Below are positions 17,593-26,234 of a stretch of DNA of 64,000 nt, in pieces. Numbering within the stretch: position 1 is the first letter of the stretch; the number at the start of each line of letters is the position of its first letter. Made by a program: the position numbers and the translations under genes. The DNA is from Polyangiaceae bacterium (GTDB taxonomy: Bacteria; Myxococcota_A; Polyangia; Polyangiales; Polyangiaceae), in the NCBI GenBank assembly GCA_020633235.1, contig JACKEA010000011.1:7979-71978 (forward strand), in the 5' to 3' direction. A model generated the notes under the pieces. The model was not told the origin of the DNA, ran no database searches, and was given only the letters and a program-made list of their open reading frames with translations.

Positions 17593-18438
17593 TCAGCTCC
17601 CTCCGAGGGGAGTGATCTGCAGATTGTCGAAGCACACGGGCACGGCCCAGTCGTTGAAACCCATGTGCTGGTGACCGGTCCCCTTCATCGGCTCGGGATC
17701 CGTGAAGCTGATGATCTCGATGTCGTCCACGAACCAGCGGATGGTCTTGCCGTCGGTACGCTCCACCTTGAAATGGTAGCTCTGGTTCGGCACCACGGGT
17801 CGAGCGTTGAGCGCGCCGTCCGGGTCGACCTTCACCTGGGGCCGGTTGGGGGCGTGCTCGTCGATGCGCGCGAGGACGTGGAACTGGTTCTTCCAGCCGC
17901 CGAAGATCACGACGTAGCTGGAAGCGTTGGTGTACGAGGTGGCGGTCGCGTAGCTGTGGCCGTCGCCCCACACTTCCACCTTCAAGTCGCCGTCCGGGGA
18001 GGCGCTGGTGGCGTCGAACTCGATGCGGGCGTTGACCGGTAGTCGGCGCTTCAGCCAAACGCCGTGGTTCTTGGCATCTTGACCGCACAGGCGGCCGTTC
18101 TGGATCCGCCACACCGGTGAGGTGCTGAGGTACTCCGGGCCGAGCTGGGCGCGATCGAAGTTGTCCACGAAGCGCTCGCTGATCACGGCCTCGAGATCCG
18201 ACGCAGGACCGGGCGCCGCGCTGGCGGACGCCGCGACGCTCGCGCTGGGGGCTGGCGTCGTGCTGTGCGCAGGGCGGGGAGGCCGGGGCGGGACGGCTTT
18301 CGGCACCGGTTTGGGCGCCGGAGGAACAGCCGTGGGCGGTTGGGAGTTCTGCGTCTTGCTCGAGTCGTCGTTGGGGACGCAGGCTGCCGCCAGCGGGACC
18401 AGGGCGAGGCAGAAATAGCGGCCGATCACGAGCGCCAT
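17593..18438 (-). CDS. lipoprotein with concanavalin-A-like/LamG (DUF1080-type) jelly-roll domain
   Basis: ATG 18438 (MALVIGRYFCLALVPLAAAC lipobox), a Pro-rich linker, then a beta-rich domain ending ...FDNLQITPL. The stop is 7 nt upstream of the next gene's start. Confidence 0.65.
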   Translation of the reverse strand: MALVIGRYFCLALVPLAAACVPNDDSSKTQNSQPPTAVPPAPKPVPKAVPPRPPRPAHSTTPAPSASVAASASAAPGPASDLEAVISERFVDNFDRAQLGPEYLSTSPVWRIQNGRLCGQDAKNHGVWLKRRLPVNARIEFDATSASPDGDLKVEVWGDGHSYATATSYTNASSYVVIFGGWKNQFHVLARIDEHAPNRPQVKVDPDGALNARPVVPNQSYHFKVERTDGKTIRWFVDDIEIISFTDPEPMKGTGHQHMGFNDWAVPVCFDNLQITPLGGS

Positions 18439-18518
18439 GCTAGCACACGTGGCCCCTGGGGCAGCGGACCCGGCCCCTGGCCTCGGCGCGATTTCCTGGG
18501 TAAAGAGGCCCCTCTTCG

Positions 18519-19982
18519 ATGCATCCCATTCTGTTCCGAATTCCCTTCCCCGGCTGGACCATCCCGCTGTTCCCAACGCTGCTGGTGGTGGCCGCCCTCG
18601 GCGCGCTCCTCGGCTTGTTCGGCTGGCGCAAGAAGGCGGTGGACCTGCTCGTGATCGGAGCGGGCATGGCCGTGGCCGGCGGCATTGCCGCGTTCAGCTT
18701 TCGCGGCCAGGTCTACACGCTCTCGGAGCTGCCCATCTACAGCTACGGCGCGATGTTGTGTCTGTCCATCGTCGTCGGCTGGTACCTCACTCTCGGTCTC
18801 GCGCAACGTGACGGGCTGCCGCGAGAGACGATGGCCAACTGTTACTTCGTCACGGCCATCGCTGCGTTGATCGGCGCGCGTTTGCTGTACGTCGCCACCA
18901 ACCCGAGCGAGTTCCAAGCTTTTCGCGATTTGTTCGCGCTACGCCGTGGCGGGCTCGTCGCCTACGGCGGCTTCCTGGGCGGCTTCCTCGGCTCTTGGTG
19001 GTTTCTGCGGCGGCACAAGATCCGTCTGCTGGCGTGGGCGGACGTGGCCGTGCCCAGCCTCGCGTCCGGTCTCGTGATCACGCGCGTTGGCTGCTACCTG
19101 TTTGGCTGCGACTTCGGCAAGCCGCTCAGCGAGAACGCTCCCGCTTGGTTGCAGAAGCTCGGCACCTTCCCGCGTTGGGCTGATGGCACGCTGCCGGAGG
19201 GGTCTGGCTCTCCGGCGTGGATCCAGCACGTGAACCAGCGGGGGCTGTCGCCGGAGGCCACGGCATCGCTGCCCGTGCACCCCACCCAGCTGTACGAGAT
19301 GCTGGCCGGGGCGCTGCTCCTGGCGGTGGTGTTCTTGGTGCGCAAGAAGCAGCGCTTTCGGGGCGAGGTGTTTCTGGCCTTCACGCTGGGCTACGGCATC
19401 CTGCGGTTCCTCATCGAGATCCTGCGGGACGACATCGAGCGGGGCGAGTACGGCCCCTACATCGCGGCCTACTTGCTGATACCGGGTGCGCTCCTGGTGT
19501 TCGCGGTGGCCTACGCCTATGGTCCCGCGCGCTCCATCACCAACGTGACGGTGCGGCGCGCGACCCAGGTGCTCGCTGCGGTGCCCGCCATCGCGCTGTA
19601 CTTCTTGATGAAGCCAGCCAGCTTCGCGACCTCGACGACGATCCAGCTGTCCACCTCGCAGTGGATCGCGCTGGCCACGGGCGTCGCGGCCGCCGTCGTC
19701 TGGGGCACGCTGCTCGACTCCGCCCGCAAGAATCCGGAAGCGGCCATGAGCCTGGGCGAGGGGGCGACCCTCGAGCAGGAAGATGCCGACGCTCCTGCTG
19801 CCGAAGAGGACGAGGAAGAGCGCGAGGTCGTCGTCGAGAAGAAAAAGAAAAAGAAGAAGAAGAAGCGAAAGGCGAAGAAGGCCAAGGTCGTCGAAGCCGA
19901 CGCGGACGAGCCGAAGGAAGAGGAAGCGCCCGTAGCGGACGACGAGGACGAGGACGACGACCTCGCTCCCAAGCCGGCCTGA
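18519..19982 (+). CDS. lgt: prolipoprotein diacylglyceryl transferase with long C-terminal extension
   Basis: Lgt motifs are present: YGAMLCLSIVVGWYL, RRGGLVAYGGFLGG, ITRVGCYLFGCDFGKP. About 200 extra C-terminal residues carry more TM segments and a KKKKKKKKKRKAKKAK / Asp-Glu-rich tail. Confidence 0.9.
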   Translation: MHPILFRIPFPGWTIPLFPTLLVVAALGALLGLFGWRKKAVDLLVIGAGMAVAGGIAAFSFRGQVYTLSELPIYSYGAMLCLSIVVGWYLTLGLAQRDGLPRETMANCYFVTAIAALIGARLLYVATNPSEFQAFRDLFALRRGGLVAYGGFLGGFLGSWWFLRRHKIRLLAWADVAVPSLASGLVITRVGCYLFGCDFGKPLSENAPAWLQKLGTFPRWADGTLPEGSGSPAWIQHVNQRGLSPEATASLPVHPTQLYEMLAGALLLAVVFLVRKKQRFRGEVFLAFTLGYGILRFLIEILRDDIERGEYGPYIAAYLLIPGALLVFAVAYAYGPARSITNVTVRRATQVLAAVPAIALYFLMKPASFATSTTIQLSTSQWIALATGVAAAVVWGTLLDSARKNPEAAMSLGEGATLEQEDADAPAAEEDEEEREVVVEKKKKKKKKKRKAKKAKVVEADADEPKEEEAPVADDEDEDDDLAPKPA

Positions 19983-20861
19983 ATGAGAGCGAGCGCCTGG
20001 ACGGCGTTGGCCGTGGTGGCCGCCTGCACGCCCGCGCCCGCAACGAAGCCGTCCGTGGTGGCCGTGACGACGGCGGCTGCCGCGGAGGACTCCTCCAAGC
20101 TGCCGCCCTCGGTGCACCGCGATCCGGCCTCCAGCTTCGCTTGCGGCGACGAGCGCTGTCGCGTGGGCGTGGAGTCCTGCTGCCAGAGCAGCGACGAAGG
20201 GCACTGCGTGGAAAACGCGCCGCCGGATCCCCCGGACACCCCCCAACTGTGGGCTTCTCAGATCGAGCGCTGCGAGGCGGTCCCGGGCGAGGTCGCCCTG
20301 AGCGAGATCGCTCGCTGTCGGAGCTCCGCCCACTGCCCTGGCGGCGAGCTCTGCTGCAACGAGCTCTTGTACGGCGGCGCTGGAGCCGTGATGTGCAAGG
20401 CCGCAGAAGCCGGACAGCTCGCGTGCAGCTACGGGGAGGCGTGCACGGACGATCTTCCGTGCGAGGCGCCGGGCACCCGCTGCGTGCAGGGCCTGTGCAG
20501 GAAGTCCGCCACCGTGGAGTGCGGCAGTGTCGCGTGCGATCTGTCGACACACACGTGCATCAATCCGAATCCGGACATGCCCGAAGCCCCAACCTGCGAG
20601 GCCAACGATCAGGTGGCAGCATGGCGCAGCGAGGGGCGCCCCATCTTCAGTGTGGGCTGCGCGCGGCACTCCGACTGCCAGAGTGGCGAGCTGTGTCGCA
20701 TCGCGCTGGGGTCGTCCTTCTGTCAAAGGGCGGACGACGGCATGAGCGGCGTGATGTGTGAAACGACGGCAGATTGTCCCAAGGACTCGTGTGCTTGGTT
20801 GAAAAGGACGGTCGTGTGCAACGTGAAGGGGACGTGGCACGGCGTGTGTGACTGCATCTGA
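19983..20861 (+). CDS. Cys-rich secreted lipoprotein
   Basis: The ATG follows the lgt stop directly (TGAATG). Lipobox is LAVVAAC, and the mature part contains many Cys residues. Confidence 0.65.
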   Translation: MRASAWTALAVVAACTPAPATKPSVVAVTTAAAAEDSSKLPPSVHRDPASSFACGDERCRVGVESCCQSSDEGHCVENAPPDPPDTPQLWASQIERCEAVPGEVALSEIARCRSSAHCPGGELCCNELLYGGAGAVMCKAAEAGQLACSYGEACTDDLPCEAPGTRCVQGLCRKSATVECGSVACDLSTHTCINPNPDMPEAPTCEANDQVAAWRSEGRPIFSVGCARHSDCQSGELCRIALGSSFCQRADDGMSGVMCETTADCPKDSCAWLKRTVVCNVKGTWHGVCDCI

Positions 20862-20864
20862 CGG

Positions 20865-20883
20865 CACCGCGGCGTGCCGACAT
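20865..20883. repeat. dispersed intergenic motif copy (15/19)
   Basis: caccgcggcgtgccgacat lies 3 nt after stop 20859-20861, between convergent genes. Confidence 0.4.
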
Positions 20884-20899
20884 GAAAATGTAGAAGGCC

Positions 20900-21700
20900 T
20901 CAGAGCTCGAATTGAAAGCGAGCGGGCTCTTCGCCGTGCACCTGGATCGAAAGGCGCCGGGGAGCGAGATCGCACACCGCGAAGGCCCCCGCCGGGCGCC
21001 CGGGGGCGTCGTCGTCGAGGTTTTCCGTCAGACTCTGCAGCGTGAGGTACGGAATACCGGCGATGACGTCGAGGTGGTTCCAGTGCGCGTGGCCGTTGAA
21101 GACGGCGACGACCTTGCCGCTCGCTTCCAGCACCTTGCGGAGCTCACGGCGCTCGGCGACGCGACAGATGTGCGGCGCCTTCTCGAACCAGCGGTTGCCT
21201 TCGAGCTGCATCTCGCTCGCCGGGTGATGCATCAAGATCACGACCGGCGCCGACGCCGTGCGCAGATCTTCCGCCAGCCACGTCAGCTGCTCCGGCGGTA
21301 GCCGCACGGCGACGTCTTTCGTCTCCAGGGTGTCGAGCACCACGAAGTGAACGCCGCCCTGATCGAACGCGTAATGGAGCGGCCCGGCGTGTTGCCACAA
21401 GCTTCGGAGGTCGTCGTCGCTCAGGTGGATCTGATCGTGATTGCCCGCCACGTGTACCAGCGGCGCTTGGAGCGGCGCCATCGCCGCGAGGAACTCGCGA
21501 TAGCGTTCGAGATCCCGCTCGCGGGACTCGTCCTCGATCACGTCCCCGAGGTTCACCACCAGCTCCGGTCGCTCACGCTCGTTCAGCACGCGCACCACCT
21601 CCGTGGTGAGGCGGCCGGCCTCGTGGCTCAGCTTGCGCAGCTTGCCCTCGAAGCGCGCGGCAGGACCGAAGTGGATGTCCGTGACCAGAGCGAAGCGCAC
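20900..21700 (-). CDS. metallophosphoesterase (calcineurin-like)
   Basis: Motifs DIHFG, GDVIED, GNHD, and GHAHWNH. Confidence 0.85.
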   Translation of the reverse strand: MRFALVTDIHFGPAARFEGKLRKLSHEAGRLTTEVVRVLNERERPELVVNLGDVIEDESRERDLERYREFLAAMAPLQAPLVHVAGNHDQIHLSDDDLRSLWQHAGPLHYAFDQGGVHFVVLDTLETKDVAVRLPPEQLTWLAEDLRTASAPVVILMHHPASEMQLEGNRWFEKAPHICRVAERRELRKVLEASGKVVAVFNGHAHWNHLDVIAGIPYLTLQSLTENLDDDAPGRPAGAFAVCDLAPRRLSIQVHGEEPARFQFEL

Positions 21701-22003
21701 GATGAAGAGCGACGGTAGCTGATCTCTCCGACGGGTTTTCAGTTGGATGTTGGTGCGGCGCGATCCCCGTCGCGCCTCCCAGACGCGGCCCTCCCGACAA
21801 AATCGAAGCCTGCGGCGCGCTCGGCACTGATTAAAATCATGCGTAATTTCAGTAGGTTATGCTCCATTTTGCAGCAGCCTTGTGACTCCCTGGACCCGCT
21901 CCGTCGTCTAAATGTAGCCTTCCGCGCCGGGTGCTCGTAAGCCCAGCGCTCGCCGCACGTTAGACAGGCGTCGGCAAGAACCGAGAGAAGTAACGAGGAG
22001 CTC

Positions 22004-22714
22004 ATGCGTAAGTTCATCCTTGGGGTCGTTGGCTGCGTCGTTCTGGTGAGCGTCGTTGGCTGCAAGAAGAAAGACGAAGATGCCCAGACGGCCGGTTACC
22101 AGCAGGGTGGCTACGGGGCGCAGCCGGGTTACCAGCAGCAGCCGGGCTACCAGCAGCAGCCGGGTTACCAGCAGCAGCCGGGCTACCAGCAGCAGCCGGG
22201 TTACCAGCAGCCGGGCACCCAGCCCACCGCGCAACCGACGACCACGGCGCAGCCGGGCATCCCCGGAATGCCCACCGCGGGCGGCACCAGTGGTGGTGGC
22301 TCCGCGCAGCAGATGGATCCGTCGCTCGGTGCGGCGGCCACTCCGATCCTGAACCAGCTCGCCACCAGCGAAGCTCCCGCCGGCGCCAAGCCGATGGGCT
22401 CCGCGTTGGTCGGCAACTTCCAGCAGGGTCAGACGCTGGAGACCCAGATCCAGCTGCAGTCCGGCAAGTGCTACACCGTCGTGGCCGCCGGCCTGCCGCC
22501 CATCAGCGAGGTCAACGTGAAGTTCCTCGCCGTCACTCCGATCCCGGGCTCGGCCATGGTGCTGGCGCAGGATCAGACGACGGGCCCGCAGGCGGTGCTG
22601 GGCAAGAAGCCCAACTGCTACAAGAACCCCGCGCCCTTCGCCCTGCCGGTGAAGATGGTGGTCGAGGTTGCGGGCGGTCAGGGCATCGCCGCCGCTCAGG
22701 TCTACGAGAAGTAA
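22004..22714 (+). CDS. lipoprotein with PGYQQQ tandem repeats
   Basis: Lipobox VSVVGC. Five 18-nt repeats encode (Q)PGYQQQ. GGAG lies upstream of the ATG. Confidence 0.7.
   Translation: MRKFILGVVGCVVLVSVVGCKKKDEDAQTAGYQQGGYGAQPGYQQQPGYQQQPGYQQQPGYQQQPGYQQPGTQPTAQPTTTAQPGIPGMPTAGGTSGGGSAQQMDPSLGAAATPILNQLATSEAPAGAKPMGSALVGNFQQGQTLETQIQLQSGKCYTVVAAGLPPISEVNVKFLAVTPIPGSAMVLAQDQTTGPQAVLGKKPNCYKNPAPFALPVKMVVEVAGGQGIAAAQVYEK
22121..22210 (+). repeat. 5 x 18-nt tandem repeat (QPGYQQ)
   Basis: cagccggg(t/c)taccagcag is repeated five times. Confidence 0.9.
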
Positions 22715-22730
22715 GCCACAGCGGCCCTGA

Positions 22731-22775
22731 ACGACGCGGAGGCTTCCCGAGCGGAGGCTTCCGCGTCGTCATTTG
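22731..22775 (+). terminator. probable intrinsic terminator
   Basis: A 17-bp stem (ACGACGCGGAGGCUUCC / GGAGGCUUCCGCGUCGU, 2 G-U pairs) with loop CGAGC, followed by CAUUU. It lies 17 nt after the stop at 22714. Confidence 0.55.
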
Positions 22776-22778
22776 GGA

Positions 22779-22841
22779 GTCGTTGCGCGACGGAACCTTG
22801 AGGTTTCGCGCGGCGCGGCGGGGTTCGCGCCGCCCCGACAT
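22779..22841. repeat. dispersed intergenic element (degenerate pair)
   Basis: gtcgttgcgcgacggaacc (reverse orientation) at 22779-22797 and gttcgcgccgccccgacat at 22823-22841. Confidence 0.4.
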
Positions 22842-22907
22842 GCCCTGGAACGAGGCGGAAATTTCGCTGGCCTCGACCGTGGCGGGGGGCGGCGCGATAC
22901 TCGAGGC

Positions 22908-24368
22908 ATGCGGGCGATCTTGGGCGTAGCGGCGGCGGTGTGCGTGGTGGCGGCGGTCAGCGCGTGCGGAGATTCGGGGAGCGACGGCGGCAGCGGCGGC
23001 AGCGGCGGCAGCGGCGCGGTGACCGACGGCGGATCGGGAGGTGGGGGGAACGCGAGCGGCAGCGGCGGCACGGGCAACGCGAGTGGCTCCGGCGGCGCTG
23101 CGGGCGCTGGCGGTGGCGGGAACACGGGGGGTGCGGCGGGCGGCGGTGGTGCCGGCGGCAGCGGTGGCACGGGCGGCATGCCGAGCCTCGACTGCGCGCC
23201 GCTTCCGGCGCCGACGGGGGCGACCGTCACGGTGAAGAACACGGAGGCCGGCAGCTTGCCTCAGACGGTGATGAACGCCGCTCCGGGCACGACGATCCTG
23301 CTCGAGGACGGGACCTACAAGATCACCTCCACGCTGCAGCTCGGTAAGAGCGGCGTGACGCTGCGAAGCGTGTCGAACGATGCCACCAAGGTGACCATCG
23401 ACGGAACCTACACGGTGAACGAGCTGATCGCGATTTCCGCGTCGGACGTGACGGTGGCGCACGTGACCCTGACCCACGCCGTGGACCATCCCATTCACGT
23501 GTATCCGCCGGGAGCCGGCGTCGACGTGAAGAACACCCTCGTGTACGGCGTGCGCCTGATGGACAGCGGCGAGCAGTTCCTGAAGGTGAACCCCACCGCC
23601 GGGCAGACGGGCTACATCGACGAAGGCCGCGTGGAGTGCAGCGAATTCATCATGACCAACGCCGGGCGGCCTCACGTGGAGAGTTGCTGCGGTGGCTGTT
23701 ACACCGGCGGTATCGACGTGCACGCGGGGTGGAAGTGGGTGGTGCGCAACAACCGCTTCGAAGGCATCTACTGCGACGGCGCCGGCTTGGCGGAGCACGC
23801 CATCCACTTCTGGAAGGGCTCCCGCGACACGCTGGTGGAAAACAACGTGATCGTGAACTGCGCCCGGGGCATCGGCTTCGGCCTGACCAACGGCACTGGG
23901 GAGCGCGTGTATCCGGACAATCCGTACGGTGGACAGAAGCTGGCGCACTACGACGGCATCATTCGCAACAACGTGATCTGGAACACGATCCCGTACTACG
24001 ACACGGGCATCGAGCTGGACATCGCGAAGAAGCCCATCGTGGTGCACAACACCGTGGTGAGCTCGTCGGCGGCGAGCGGCTTCTTCTCCAGCATCGACTA
24101 CCGCTACCCGGAGACGGACGCGGTGATCCAGAACAACCTGACGCGCAAGATCACCCAGCGAGACAGCGCTCAGGGCACGGTGGACCACAACCTGGAGAGC
24201 ACGCCCCAGAGCTACTTCACGGATCCGAACGCGGTGGACTTCCACCTGACGGCCGGGGCAGCGAACGCCATCGACAAGGGCGTGAGCGTGCCCCAGGCCG
24301 GCGTGGACATGGACGGCGAGGCGCACGACGTGAACGCGCCGGATCTGGGGGCGGACGAGCGTCAGTGA
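22908..24368 (+). CDS. lipoprotein with right-handed parallel beta-helix domain (polysaccharide lyase/hydrolase-like)
   Basis: ATG 22908 (MRAILGVAAAVCVVAAVSAC), a Gly/Ser-rich linker, then repeated beta-helix coil patterns (VTLRSV..., VTVAHVTLTHA..., NNVIVNCARGIG, RNNVIWN). Confidence 0.75.
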   Translation: MRAILGVAAAVCVVAAVSACGDSGSDGGSGGSGGSGAVTDGGSGGGGNASGSGGTGNASGSGGAAGAGGGGNTGGAAGGGGAGGSGGTGGMPSLDCAPLPAPTGATVTVKNTEAGSLPQTVMNAAPGTTILLEDGTYKITSTLQLGKSGVTLRSVSNDATKVTIDGTYTVNELIAISASDVTVAHVTLTHAVDHPIHVYPPGAGVDVKNTLVYGVRLMDSGEQFLKVNPTAGQTGYIDEGRVECSEFIMTNAGRPHVESCCGGCYTGGIDVHAGWKWVVRNNRFEGIYCDGAGLAEHAIHFWKGSRDTLVENNVIVNCARGIGFGLTNGTGERVYPDNPYGGQKLAHYDGIIRNNVIWNTIPYYDTGIELDIAKKPIVVHNTVVSSSAASGFFSSIDYRYPETDAVIQNNLTRKITQRDSAQGTVDHNLESTPQSYFTDPNAVDFHLTAGAANAIDKGVSVPQAGVDMDGEAHDVNAPDLGADERQ

Positions 24369-25360
24369 GCGCGGGCGCGCGTCCGATACAGGATCACGAG
24401 GAACAGCGGACCGCCGACCAAGGCGGTGATGGCGCCTACCGGCGGCTCGGTGCCGAGCCACACGAAGGCGGAGCGCGCGAGCAGATCGCAGAGCACGAGC
24501 GTGATGGCGCCGAGGAACAGGGACGCGGGCACCACGACGCGGTGATCCGGCCCGAACATACGGCGCACGGCGTGAGGCACGACGAGCCCCACGAAGCCGA
24601 TCAAGCCGGTGAGGCTGACCACGGCCCCGGCGATGGCTGAAGCCGCGAAGAACACGCGGCGCTCGAGGCGCGGAACCTCGACCCCGAGGTGCGCCGCGGG
24701 CTCCCGGCCGAGGGCGAGCAGATTGAGGCGGCCGGAGTCCATCACGATGAGGGCGGTGCCGAGGGCGACCCACACGGAGCACGCCACCAGTTGCGGCGTG
24801 GAGGGCACGTCCAAAAAGCCCATCAGCCAGAACAAGAGCTCTTGAGCCTTGGCGGCGCTCACCAACGTCTTGATGAACGTGATCACGCTGGCGGCGATGG
24901 CGTTCACGATCACGCCGGCCAGGATGATGGTGGTGCCGCTCACCTCGCCGCCGGCTCGGGCGATGGCGTAGACCAGGAGCGTGGCGGCGAGGCCGCCGAC
25001 CAGGGCGGCGGCCGGCACCAGCGCTGCCCCGAGCAGCGTGAAGGTGCTGGCGCCCGCCACGATGGCCAGCGTCGCTCCCGCCGCTGCGCCGCCGGAGACG
25101 CCGAGCACGTAGGGATCGGCCAGCGGGTTTCGGAGCAATGCCTGGAACGCGACGCCCACCACCGCGAGGGCAGCGCCGGCGAGGGCGGCGAGGGCCACCC
25201 GCGGCACCCGTGCGGTCCACAGGATGGTGGCGTCCAGGCTCGAGGCGTCGCTCCAGGCCCGGGATAGGCTGATGGCCTGCCCGCCGAAGCTCACTGCCAG
25301 CGCCACCGTGATGACGAGCAGCACGGCGAGGAGCAGCGAGACGGAGAGCGCCTTGGGCAT
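24362..25360 (-). CDS. FecCD-family ABC transporter permease (iron-siderophore/B12 type)
   Basis: This is the 3' part of track ORF 24362..26179, with ATG at 25360. It is polytopic with typical motifs RVPRVALAALAGAALA, RNPLADPYVLGVSGGA and GAITALVGGPLFLVIL. Confidence 0.9.
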   Translation of the reverse strand: MPKALSVSLLLAVLLVITVALAVSFGGQAISLSRAWSDASSLDATILWTARVPRVALAALAGAALAVVGVAFQALLRNPLADPYVLGVSGGAAAGATLAIVAGASTFTLLGAALVPAAALVGGLAATLLVYAIARAGGEVSGTTIILAGVIVNAIAASVITFIKTLVSAAKAQELLFWLMGFLDVPSTPQLVACSVWVALGTALIVMDSGRLNLLALGREPAAHLGVEVPRLERRVFFAASAIAGAVVSLTGLIGFVGLVVPHAVRRMFGPDHRVVVPASLFLGAITLVLCDLLARSAFVWLGTEPPVGAITALVGGPLFLVILYRTRARAH

Positions 25361-26163
25361 CAGCGCGTGGCGCGCGGGCGCGGGCTCGGGGCCTCGGTGC
25401 GCCGATTCTTGTCGAAGATGATGCGCAGGCCTTCCAGCGTGAGGTTCTCGTCCACGAGCTCGAGCGCCTTGGTGTGCTTGGCGATCAGTGGCGCGAGTCC
25501 ACCCGTTGCGATCACCTGGCACTCGAAGCCGAGCTCCGCGACGATCTTCTCGATCAAGCCGTCGACCAGGGAGGCATAGCCGTTCACGATACCGGACTGG
25601 ATGGCGTGGGCGGTGTTCTGGCCCACCACGCGAGGTGCCTCGGCGATTTCCACCGGGATGAGCTTTGCGGTGCTGCCGAGCAATCCATCCAGACTGACCA
25701 TGATGCCCGGCACGATGATGCCGCCGAGGTATTCCGCCTTGGCGGAGACGCAGTCGAACGTCGTGGCAGTCCCGAAGTCCACGACGATGACCGCCGCTCG
25801 GAAGCGCTCGAAGGCCGCCACGGCGTTGACGATGCGGTCCGCGCCCACGTCCCGCGGGTTGTCGTACAGGACGGAGATACCCGTCTTCACGCCGGGACCG
25901 ACGACCAGGGGCTCCCGCGCGAAGGCGTGGCGAATGGCGTCGCTCATCACGTCCGTGAGCGGCGGCACGACGCTGGCGACGATGGCCGCCTCCACGCGCC
26001 CGGGGGGCAACCCGTGCAAGGTCATCATCTGGTGCAAGAGCACGCCGTACTCGTCCGCGGTGCGGGTGCGCACGGTGGAGACGCGAAAGGTGCGTGTCAG
26101 CGTGGTGCCGTCGTACAGACCGAAGACGACGTTGGTGTTGCCGATGTCGACCGCCAGGAGCAC
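25360..26163 (-). CDS. coaX: type III pantothenate kinase
   Basis: MLLAVDIGNTNVVFGL..., DRIVNAVAA, VVDFGTATTFD, ATGGLA. The stop overlaps the permease start by 1 nt. Confidence 0.9.
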   Translation of the reverse strand: MLLAVDIGNTNVVFGLYDGTTLTRTFRVSTVRTRTADEYGVLLHQMMTLHGLPPGRVEAAIVASVVPPLTDVMSDAIRHAFAREPLVVGPGVKTGISVLYDNPRDVGADRIVNAVAAFERFRAAVIVVDFGTATTFDCVSAKAEYLGGIIVPGIMVSLDGLLGSTAKLIPVEIAEAPRVVGQNTAHAIQSGIVNGYASLVDGLIEKIVAELGFECQVIATGGLAPLIAKHTKALELVDENLTLEGLRIIFDKNRRTEAPSPRPRATR

Positions 26164-26215
26164 GGGCGTACTGTATCACCGTCGCCGCCCGCCGGACCGG
26201 CGAGACACGGGATGT

Positions 26216-26234
26216 TTCCGCGGCGAACCGACAT
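26216..26234. repeat. dispersed intergenic motif copy (18/19)
   Basis: ttccgcggcgaaccgacat lies between the coaX start and the stop of the HEAT-cyclophilin gene. Confidence 0.55.

Noticed and set aside
18939-20975. 678-aa ORF on the minus strand
   Set aside because: It is antisense to lgt and the Cys-rich lipoprotein gene. Its composition is Arg/Gly-rich and it carries no motifs.
21701-22003. AT-richer 300-bp intergenic region as a possible sRNA or tRNA locus
   Set aside because: I saw no tRNA, SRP, tmRNA or RNase P signature. It is most simply the promoter and leader of the PGYQQQ lipoprotein gene, and it also contains one weak copy of the dispersed motif.
22533-25220. 895-aa ORF on the minus strand
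   Set aside because: It crosses three better-supported genes in other frames or strands. It is extremely Arg/Pro/Gly-rich.
25361-26179. 5' part of track ORF 24362..26179
   Set aside because: It is an alternative frame of coaX, which has clear type III pantothenate kinase motifs. The permease starts at ATG 25360.
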